From IMG/VR virus record IMGVR_UViG_3300046519_000190, positions 32,001-96,000 of that record: a stretch of 64,000 bases of DNA. One strand, 5' to 3'. Under the pieces are notes generated by a model that ran no database searches, was not told where the DNA came from, and saw only the letters and a list, made by a program, of their open reading frames with translations. Shown one piece after another: positions 28,645-35,659 of this stretch (within the stretch, counting starts at the first letter, position 1; every line of letters begins with the position of its first letter). Source of the DNA: a virus. Position numbers and translations under genes: made by a program.

Positions 28645-28982
28645 ACAGCGAACCAGGGCTTTTTGTGCCCAATCTTGCCAGTACCCCTGTTCGGGTTTGG
28701 ATCAGTGGGTTTGAACCAGCCCACGTAGGTGATGCTCTGAACTTCCATCGAGCCGTTTGTACGATACTGTTTGGGCAAATCAATGACGAAACGAGGCAGA
28801 AGCTCCTTCTTCAAGAGGCGATGATTGCCCAGCACGTTGCGGTCTTTGACGCTAAAGGTCATCGACTTCGTTGCGCTACCGCCGTTCGGCTGACCCGGGT
28901 TCATGTGGTAGACGAACGTGATGAAGTAGTTCCAGTTGCGGCCGGTCAGCTTGGTGATCAGACGATCCATTGAGAATCTCAT
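28641..28982 (-). CDS. hypothetical protein
   Basis: 113 aa, ATGA overlaps on both sides. Confidence 0.65.
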   Translation of the reverse strand: MRFSMDRLITKLTGRNWNYFITFVYHMNPGQPNGGSATKSMTFSVKDRNVLGNHRLLKKELLPRFVIDLPKQYRTNGSMEVQSITYVGWFKPTDPNPNRGTGKIGHKKPWFAV

Positions 28983-29281
28983 TCGTCGTCTCCATCATCA
29001 GGTTTGGTTGCGAACATCGAGTTGTATTCGTCGATCACCTTCTTGGCGGTCTTGTATGCGAAGGCTTCGTCCATCGCGACAAAGCTGTCTTCGCCCTTTA
29101 CCCAGGCTTCGTCTTCGTCCTTGCCGAAGTTGGACAGCTTGACTGCACAGACGCCCAAGTTTTTAGGCTTGAAGGTGATCTTGATTTCAGGGCCGTAGGT
29201 GTTCGGCTCTTCCGAAGCATCGATGGTTAGAAGCACCTGGCCGATGTCTTCGAACTGGAACAGTTTGGCGAACTGTTTCAT
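28979..29281 (-). CDS. hypothetical protein
   Basis: 100 aa, ATGA overlaps. Confidence 0.7.
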   Translation of the reverse strand: MKQFAKLFQFEDIGQVLLTIDASEEPNTYGPEIKITFKPKNLGVCAVKLSNFGKDEDEAWVKGEDSFVAMDEAFAYKTAKKVIDEYNSMFATKPDDGDDE

Positions 29282-29511
29282 TTGGCTTTATCCCCGCTCA
29301 TTGCCGCACGAATGGCACATGCAGCGGTGTCACCCTGGCTAGAGTAAGCACATTTGGCGTCGATAGGGTTTGCACCAGCCTGAATCGCCTGAGCGATCTT
29401 TGCATTGCCATCCATTGAGCAGCTAACCGGTGCCCATGCGATGAACACTGCGGCTAGCGCAACGACGATCCAAGCTACGATGTTGCGAAGTTCTTCCCAG
29501 TCCATATTCAT
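29278..29511 (-). CDS. hypothetical membrane/exported protein
   Basis: N-terminal hydrophobic helix, C..C-containing C-terminus. Confidence 0.65.
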   Translation of the reverse strand: MNMDWEELRNIVAWIVVALAAVFIAWAPVSCSMDGNAKIAQAIQAGANPIDAKCAYSSQGDTAACAIRAAMSGDKAK

Positions 29512-29547
29512 TCTCGTTTGATGTGTAAAGAAAAAGACTCAGACGCG

Positions 29548-29579
29548 AGTATGCACGTCTGAGTCTGGTGTGTTGCGGG
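29548..29579 (-). promoter_or_regulatory. conserved phage promoter-like element, copy 8
   Basis: CCCG-CAACA-CACC-N13-CATACT; -10 in the loop of 11-bp inverted repeat 29535-29566, followed by a T-run (may also act as terminator for dnaB). Confidence 0.55.
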
Positions 29580-29585
29580 CTACGA

Positions 29586-31058
29586 TCAGGTGATTTCGAG
29601 AATCCCTGTCATGAAGCGCATCTTGCTGAGCTCCTGCGTAATTTTCAGGGTGAACTCGCCGGCCTGGTTACGAGAGGCTGCAAAGTAGATTCGGGCTTCG
29701 CCTTTGGTCTTCTCTTCGTCCGTGCGGTTGATGGTCAACACCAAGTCAGCGATACGGATTTTGTTGAAGTCTTCTGCGGCGTGTTCTGCTTTGGCCACGT
29801 CTGCTGTGAAGCCAGCTCGGTTGGTCTGTGTCGCTGTCAGAACTGCGGCGTTCTCTTCGTGTGCGATTGCCCGCAGACCCAGCCAAACCTGCTTCGACTC
29901 GTTGATGTCGTTACCGGATTTGATTTCAGCGGCCATGATGTCGGCGTAGTCGACCACGATCATGTCGAAGATGATGCCTTCGGCACGGTAGAATTCAATC
30001 ACCTTGCGCAGATCAGCGCAGGTCATTTGACCCGACGGATACTCGACGACCTTGAGGTGGCCAGGCTTGCGAAGGCCAGCACGGTCTTTAACGCCCTTCT
30101 CGACGTCATTGCCCCGTGAACTGAGGTCGCTCATGTCGATGCCCGCCACGTTGGCGTCCATACGTTCCATGATGATCTTGGCGGCTACTTCGAGGGTCAC
30201 GTACAGAACGTTGAAGCCTTTCTGAGAGCCCGCGAGAGCCCAGTGAAGCAGACCCGTTGACTTACCCTTCTTGGCACCACCCATGACGACGGACAGTTCT
30301 TTACGGCCCCATCCGTGGTGGTACAACATCTTGTCGAGTTTCGGTAGACCCGAGGTGATACCGTCCTTCGTGATCAGGCCGGCTTCAACATCACGACGAT
30401 ACTGTGTCCGGGTTTCGATGTCGTTCCAGTAGTCGTTGTCTTCGACCACAGCCTGCGCGCCCGTTGCGAACGCCTTCTGCATGATCTTCTGAGCCTTCTC
30501 ATGCTCGCCTTTCTCGACGAGTGGAATGGTCATCATGTATGCGGCTGTGATTGCTTGCTTCTTGGCGAACTCTGCGACCTTATCTACAGCGTAGTCACGG
30601 GCCGGGAGAGCTCCAGTCAGGATTTTCTTGAGCGCTGTGACCATATCCGGGACGTCATCGTCACGAATCGCCTTCTCAGCTTTCGCATCCTTGATCAGTT
30701 CAGCCCATTCACTGCGCTCGGGCAGACGACGGTACTTCTCATGATAGGTCGTTGTGATGTGAACCAGCGCCGACAGTGAGCGCTCTTCGAAGTATTCAGG
30801 TCGTACCAGGCCGTCTACGCGACGATAGAAAGCTTCGTCACGGCAGATCAGCGCCGCGATCTTCTGCTGAAACTCACCTTCGAACTGAAAGGCTTCTGAG
30901 CCTTCTGGGAGAGTAGGGAGCGGGGTGATGCGCTTTGCTGCCTGCATCACGGTTTCGAGTTCGTCATCCAGGTCGAGGTCTTCTTCCGGTGCGACGATAC
31001 CCATCTGTCTGGCCATCTGCTCCGCCAGACTATCCTTGATTTCGGATTCGTCAGACAT
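29586..31058 (-). CDS. DnaB/gp41-like replicative helicase
   Basis: GGAKKGKST Walker A, YVTLE, VVDYAD, TATQTNR, ASRN; GGAG RBS inside the hfq-like gene. Confidence 0.92.
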   Translation of the reverse strand: MSDESEIKDSLAEQMARQMGIVAPEEDLDLDDELETVMQAAKRITPLPTLPEGSEAFQFEGEFQQKIAALICRDEAFYRRVDGLVRPEYFEERSLSALVHITTTYHEKYRRLPERSEWAELIKDAKAEKAIRDDDVPDMVTALKKILTGALPARDYAVDKVAEFAKKQAITAAYMMTIPLVEKGEHEKAQKIMQKAFATGAQAVVEDNDYWNDIETRTQYRRDVEAGLITKDGITSGLPKLDKMLYHHGWGRKELSVVMGGAKKGKSTGLLHWALAGSQKGFNVLYVTLEVAAKIIMERMDANVAGIDMSDLSSRGNDVEKGVKDRAGLRKPGHLKVVEYPSGQMTCADLRKVIEFYRAEGIIFDMIVVDYADIMAAEIKSGNDINESKQVWLGLRAIAHEENAAVLTATQTNRAGFTADVAKAEHAAEDFNKIRIADLVLTINRTDEEKTKGEARIYFAASRNQAGEFTLKITQELSKMRFMTGILEIT

Positions 31059-31296
31059 TGCAGGCTCCAAAGCACTTGATGGCCGACTTGAAGATTGTGC
31101 GGTACTGACCATCGCTGTGACGGGTGATGGTGATGGTGTAGTTGTCGAACTGCGTTACCTGACCGCGTAGCTGCGTGCCGTCGAGCATGTCGAATACAGC
31201 CAAGCTGTTCTCACGAATCAAGGTCTTGAGGATCGTCTGATGCCCGTTCTTGAAATCCTGGGGCTTCTTGTTGGAGTGGGTGTTCGGAGAGTTCAT
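31051..31296 (-). CDS. hfq: Hfq-like (Sm-fold) protein
   Basis: L..L.RE...DG..LRGQV..FDNYTI......IFKSAI aligns with Hfq Sm1 (NG.KLQGQI.SFDQF.I) and Sm2 (YKHAI); AGGA RBS. Confidence 0.8.
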   Translation of the reverse strand: MNSPNTHSNKKPQDFKNGHQTILKTLIRENSLAVFDMLDGTQLRGQVTQFDNYTITITRHSDGQYRTIFKSAIKCFGACNV

Positions 31297-31367
31297 GGTT
31301 GATCCTGCTAAGGGTGAGTGTTTGAGTGTTGCGATTGCGAGTATACGCGCAGCGAGAGCGGCAAAAA

Positions 31368-32153
31368 CTATTGGGAGAGAACTGCCGCACGGCGAAGCAG
31401 ATCATTGCCGGTCTTGGGGAATGCGAACATGACCTGATCGCGGGTGATTTGGTTCTTGTCCATGATCGTGGAGAGCACACCTTCCGGCATGTTCGAACGC
31501 TTGATCTTGGTGAACAGGAAATTCAGGTAGTCGATCTGCTCCGGGCCTTCCTGAAAGTTGTCGGTGTTGAATGCTTCGTGGGCTGCGTAAAACGTGCTGT
31601 GAGACGTGCGGGCTACCCAACGCTCAACAACGTACTCGACCAGTGACGGAAGCCCTTGTAGGTGCTCTGGGACCGTTCTGGTGTACATCTGCGAGCTGCT
31701 GGGCAAGAAGTGCATGCGGGCTTTGTCGGCAAACAGCATTGCGTGCTCGCAATAGAAGTCATACGGACACCCAATGCGGTCTGCCATCTGACGACCCTTC
31801 CAAAAACCAGTGATCGAGCGAGCGTCCAGTTCGAAGATGCAAGCCTTCTTCAAGCCTTTCATGTTCAAACCCATCCACAGGTCTGTACGCCGGCTGACAG
31901 CACGCTTGAGAGCCGCAGCATAGTGCTGAGCGTAGAGCTGGGTTGCTTGGGTGGGGTGCAGGAACCGGTAGTCCCAGAACTTGGTCTTATTGAGCTCCGC
32001 CTCTTCCTGGAGAAGCTTGATGGGGATGAACCGGAGTGCGAGCGCATCACACTCAAGAGAGGACCATTCAGCGCCGGGATTTTGAGGGTTCATCGTGGAG
32101 TGCTCTGCGTGATTCGAGCGACGATGATAGAGAGAAATGATCTGGGTTTGCAA
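31368..32153 (-). CDS. hypothetical protein upstream of the helicase (start uncertain; alternative ATG at 32093)
   Basis: 261-aa ORF containing TKFWDYRFLHP; first gene of the replication block. Confidence 0.75.
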   Translation of the reverse strand: MQTQIISLYHRRSNHAEHSTMNPQNPGAEWSSLECDALALRFIPIKLLQEEAELNKTKFWDYRFLHPTQATQLYAQHYAAALKRAVSRRTDLWMGLNMKGLKKACIFELDARSITGFWKGRQMADRIGCPYDFYCEHAMLFADKARMHFLPSSSQMYTRTVPEHLQGLPSLVEYVVERWVARTSHSTFYAAHEAFNTDNFQEGPEQIDYLNFLFTKIKRSNMPEGVLSTIMDKNQITRDQVMFAFPKTGNDLLRRAAVLSQ

Positions 32154-32177
32154 CGTGGACTTGCTTGGTGTCCGCGT

Positions 32178-32240
32178 CCAACTCTTCCCTATTTATAACA
32201 ATCTTGTCTTGTAAGAAGTATTAAATAAGGGAAGAGTTGG
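32178..32240. repeat. AT-rich inverted repeat element A
   Basis: CCAACTCTTCCCT / AGGGAAGAGTTGG 13-bp arms around an AT-rich spacer containing CTTGTAAGAA. Confidence 0.7.
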
Positions 32241-32250
32241 CGTGGATTTA

Positions 32251-33021
32251 TCAGTCGCGGTAAGCCTTCACGACTTCACGAACCAGAGGGTCGCGGGTGA
32301 TGTCGTCTTCGTCGAACTCGAACCGGCCCATCGTCTTGGCGTTGCGGAAACGGTGGGTGGCGTCTGCCAGGCCATTGTCATCGCCGGCACGGTCAGACTG
32401 ACGCAAGTCACCTGCTACGACGACCTTCGAACCTTCACCCAGGCGAGTCAGGAACATCTGCATCTGGCCTTTAGTGCTGTTCTGAGCTTCGTCCAGCAGA
32501 ACGAAACTGTTACGGAAGGTCGAACCACGCATCATCATCAGAGGTGCGCCGACGATCTTCTTGTAGGCGACGTAGCTTTCGACCTTCTTGGCGCCCAGCT
32601 TGCCTTCCAGAACTTCAAGAGCTGGGCCGATCCAGGCTTTGAACTTCTCCCATTCGGTGCCAGGCAGGAAGCCCATGTCTTCGTCGCAACCCACCATTGG
32701 ACGAGTGATGATGATCCGTTCGATTTCGTTGGCTTCGAGCATTTCGCAGGCCAGGCTGATGCTCAGGAAGGTCTTGCCGGTGCCCGCGGGACCGGTGATG
32801 AATGCCAGCCGGGTGTCTTCGATGACCTGAATGCAGCGCGCCTGTGATTCGTTGCGAGGCTCCAACTCGCCAAAGCGGATTCGGTTCATTTCGCGTTCGA
32901 GCTTGGCATCCGTTTCCCGTTGGGATGCGTTCAGCTCTGGGAACTTTTGACCATGCTTACGCTCGCGGCGTGCTTCTTCGCGGCGTTCACGACGATTTTG
33001 ACGGCTTTGATTCCCGGACAT
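32251..33021 (-). CDS. phoH: PhoH-family ATPase
   Basis: GPAGTGKT, ITRP, GFLPG, RGSTF, LLDEAQN, LTRLGEGSK, GD..QSD. Confidence 0.93.
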   Translation of the reverse strand: MSGNQSRQNRRERREEARRERKHGQKFPELNASQRETDAKLEREMNRIRFGELEPRNESQARCIQVIEDTRLAFITGPAGTGKTFLSISLACEMLEANEIERIIITRPMVGCDEDMGFLPGTEWEKFKAWIGPALEVLEGKLGAKKVESYVAYKKIVGAPLMMMRGSTFRNSFVLLDEAQNSTKGQMQMFLTRLGEGSKVVVAGDLRQSDRAGDDNGLADATHRFRNAKTMGRFEFDEDDITRDPLVREVVKAYRD

Positions 33022-33031
33022 AGCTCATTCC

Positions 33032-33382
33032 TTACTTCAATGGCGAGGGTTTGACTGTCACCGGCTTCTTGACGGGAGCGGTTTCAATCTTGATCTTCAA
33101 CGGTGAAGGCTGCTGCTTATCACCGCCGTTGATATTCTGGATAGAGATACAACGCAGAACCTGGATCGAGCATGACTTGAGTTCAGCCTCAAGATCATCT
33201 ACCGCTTTGGTCCAGTCTTCGTTACTTTTTGGGCGCGCTCTTCCCGGCATTACGCACGGGACTAGAGGACATGCTTCCACTTGCCCCGTATTTTGTGGGG
33301 TCAGTGGTTGCGGCGCGCTCGTACTGCATCCCGAGCTTATCAGGCACAGCCATAGCCATGTAGTCGCGAATAGCCTTGTCAT
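33032..33382 (-). CDS. o-spanin (Rz1/LysC-like lipoprotein)
   Basis: lipobox ISSGC, CP.VPC.MP...N..W...L..C; overlaps the 3' end of the i-spanin in another frame. Confidence 0.8.
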   Translation of the reverse strand: MTRLFATTWLWLCLISSGCSTSAPQPLTPQNTGQVEACPLVPCVMPGRARPKSNEDWTKAVDDLEAELKSCSIQVLRCISIQNINGGDKQQPSPLKIKIETAPVKKPVTVKPSPLK

Positions 33383-33671
33383 TTTTGATCAGCTCCTGGA
33401 GCGTGGCAGCGCGCGCTTTGTCTTGCTGCCTGATTTCATCCTGCATGTTTTGGACGTCTTTGCCAATCTCTAAAAGCGACTTGATGACGTTTTCACGACT
33501 CTGTGCCCACTCTCGTTCTTGGCTGATAGTGATGGTGTCTTTCTTGGCCTGGTCTTGCAGCGCAGTGATGGTCGCATCTTGCAAGGCGACACGACTCCGG
33601 CTGCGTTCAAGTTGCCAGGCACTGCCCAAACCAATCACTGCGATCAGGAGAACCACACACAATCTCATCAT
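33222..33671 (-). CDS. i-spanin (Rz/LysB-like)
   Basis: N-terminal TM helix, coiled coil, IRDY..MAVP; follows the endolysin. Confidence 0.8.
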   Translation of the reverse strand: MMRLCVVLLIAVIGLGSAWQLERSRSRVALQDATITALQDQAKKDTITISQEREWAQSRENVIKSLLEIGKDVQNMQDEIRQQDKARAATLQELIKNDKAIRDYMAMAVPDKLGMQYERAATTDPTKYGASGSMSSSPVRNAGKSAPKK

Positions 33672-34165
33672 GGGAAAGCACTCATGCAATAGGCTTCCTC
33701 GCGAAGCCGGCGTTGCCATACACCATAGCAGTTGTTGTCACGAACCGAGCAGTCCTGGCCACCTGCAAACTTCCAGCGTGGGAGCTGGTGACAAGCGTCC
33801 TCGAATTTACCCTGGACGAGCAGAGAGCGCGCTGTAGACGTTTTGAACTTCTGCCCACCCACGTTGAACGTGAAGCTTGTGAAAGAGACCAGAACGGGCT
33901 CAGGGAGCGTTACGCCCTGTGTTGTATCGAGCACGACTTGCATAGCTTTCCAGATGTCTGTGCGAAACAGGGTTTCGCAGGCAGCATTGGTGAGCACAAG
34001 ACCTTTCTTCACTTCCGGGCCAGTGTGACCTCGACAGATCGTCCAGATTTTCACACTGTCCTGGTAGGCTTTCATGCTGATGCCTTCCTCTGGACCAATG
34101 AATGCGGCTGCGGCTGCGATGGCTCCAGCGAAAGTGGTGGCGATTACCTTGTTCTTAATCTCCAT
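33668..34165 (-). CDS. endolysin, GH24 lysozyme with probable SAR anchor
   Basis: Ala/Gly-rich N-terminal helix, EG..KAYQD...WTIC.GHT catalytic E-D-T, SFTFNVG, RRLRE. Confidence 0.9.
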   Translation of the reverse strand: MEIKNKVIATTFAGAIAAAAAFIGPEEGISMKAYQDSVKIWTICRGHTGPEVKKGLVLTNAACETLFRTDIWKAMQVVLDTTQGVTLPEPVLVSFTSFTFNVGGQKFKTSTARSLLVQGKFEDACHQLPRWKFAGGQDCSVRDNNCYGVWQRRLREEAYCMSAFP

Positions 34166-34394
34166 TTTTCTTCTCCTCTTTTGCCATCTTGCGTTTTTCG
34201 ATCCAGCCTCTTCGCCACTCCATGATCTGCGCCCAGTATTTTGGAATCAAAAGACCGATCGACATCACCAGGTAAAGGAGCGTGAGGGCAGTGATCCATT
34301 CTGCTGGGGTCATGCCCATGAGAAGCGCTCCCGTTACTGCCGCCGGCGGTGCAATCTTTACTCCTTCGATGGAGATATCCAGGCCGGCGCTCAT
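34155..34394 (-). CDS. holin (small class II, T7 gp17.5-like)
   Basis: APPAAVTG...G.T..EW...LTLLY hydrophobic segments, basic C-terminus; directly upstream of the endolysin. Confidence 0.75.
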   Translation of the reverse strand: MSAGLDISIEGVKIAPPAAVTGALLMGMTPAEWITALTLLYLVMSIGLLIPKYWAQIMEWRRGWIEKRKMAKEEKKNGD

Positions 34395-34489
34395 CTTTGA
34401 AAACCCTCGAATGGGATACAGAGCTTCATCATTGATCCAAAGTTGATGGAGTGCCGACATTCTATTTCATGGAGTGGCCTTTAGAGAAC

Positions 34490-34514
34490 AAAAAAGGGCC
34501 AGACGGCCCTTTTT
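34490..34514. terminator. bidirectional Rho-independent terminator
   Basis: AAAAAAGGGCC-AGAC-GGCCCTTTTT. Confidence 0.8.
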
Positions 34515-34531
34515 GTTTCATCAATTTGACA

Positions 34532-34747
34532 TCACTTGGTCTTTGCGACGCTCGCCTTCTCAGGCACGGCAACAGAGACCGAAACTTGAGCGGTGTAAGT
34601 GCCCAAAAGTTCAGCGACGTGAACGACCGCTTGAGGGGTTACAGCCATCACTTCCTTCGCTCGGGCATCGGCCGCTTCTTGGGTGTCGAAGCGCTCAGCG
34701 TTGACCGGATCGAAAGGACTGGTGGTATTGTAAACGAAATAGGACAT
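34532..34747 (-). CDS. hypothetical protein
   Basis: 71 aa, GGAG RBS. Confidence 0.7.
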   Translation of the reverse strand: MSYFVYNTTSPFDPVNAERFDTQEAADARAKEVMAVTPQAVVHVAELLGTYTAQVSVSVAVPEKASVAKTK

Positions 34748-34765
34748 GGTGTTTCTCCGATTGAT

Positions 34766-35146
34766 TTAAGGTTGTTTCGCGGCGGCGTAAGACTTCGCGC
34801 CACCAATGCGAACTCCGGCCCAGAAGAGCCACGCTCGCCATTTTGCCACACCTTCTGCTCGAAGTGCTCGGTACAGAATATCGTCGCAGTCTTTGCGGCT
34901 CAAGTTCCGTACCGAGTACAGGTAGTCATGAACGGTGGCGCTGTAGTTGCCGTACCCAGCCACCAGGGCATAGAGCACGAACAGCAGGATGTTATGCAGA
35001 GAGCGGATGCTGGCGTAGTCGGTTTCGAACTTGGCTGGGACAGTGATCATCCCGGCCTTTTCGTCTTCGAAAACGAGCACGTCCAGAAGAACGTGCTCCC
35101 ACTTGCTGATTTGTTCCGTTTTCAGAGTGGTCCAGAATTTGCTCAT
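34766..35146 (-). CDS. DUF1353-family protein
   Basis: ITVPAKFETDYASI, ATVHDYLY, RKDCD...AL..EGV..WR...WAGVR.GG. Confidence 0.85.
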   Translation of the reverse strand: MSKFWTTLKTEQISKWEHVLLDVLVFEDEKAGMITVPAKFETDYASIRSLHNILLFVLYALVAGYGNYSATVHDYLYSVRNLSRKDCDDILYRALRAEGVAKWRAWLFWAGVRIGGAKSYAAAKQP

Positions 35147-35649
35147 GCAGAGGTTCCTTTGTTCGCAGAAGTGTTTGGCCAGCCTTCGTCAAGCATCGAC
35201 TCAGTGTAGCTGCCATCCAGAACGGCGTCGACCAGCTCAGACTCTCTGTTGTAGCACTCCTGAACGTAGTCACCAACCTTGTCGCCGATGTAGATCAGGG
35301 TTGCTGCGTCCAGTGTCATGAAGCCGCCTGTGGTGAGCTTCCAGTTCACCGTGTAGGCCGAGTCACGTTGAGCCCGTAGCGAAGCCGCTGTGAGCTTCAT
35401 CTGGGTTGTCCGGTCTGTGTAGACCGGCATCCCCTGGACTTCCATGCCGGCCGTCTCTTCGATGAAGCGACGATCAGCGATGGCTTTCAAGTTGTTGGCT
35501 TTAATTTCGTCCGCAGTGTACTCCGGGTCGGGAGTGTTTCCACCCTCGACCCAAGCCAGGTATTCCTGATAGCAGCGGTTTTCTGGATCGACGGGGATGA
35601 TTGCCCCGTCTTCCACTCGCTCGATCCCATATGGATTCAATTTGTACAT
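35143..35649 (-). CDS. tail fibre assembly/accessory protein (DUF4376-like)
   Basis: IPVDPENR.YQEYLAWV..GNTP, RR..ETAG.....TDR.TQ, NWK...GF, YVQECY.RE...GWP. Confidence 0.75.
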   Translation of the reverse strand: MYKLNPYGIERVEDGAIIPVDPENRCYQEYLAWVEGGNTPDPEYTADEIKANNLKAIADRRFIEETAGMEVQGMPVYTDRTTQMKLTAASLRAQRDSAYTVNWKLTTGGFMTLDAATLIYIGDKVGDYVQECYNRESELVDAVLDGSYTESMLDEGWPNTSANKGTSA

Positions 35650-35659
35650 GGTCTTCCCC

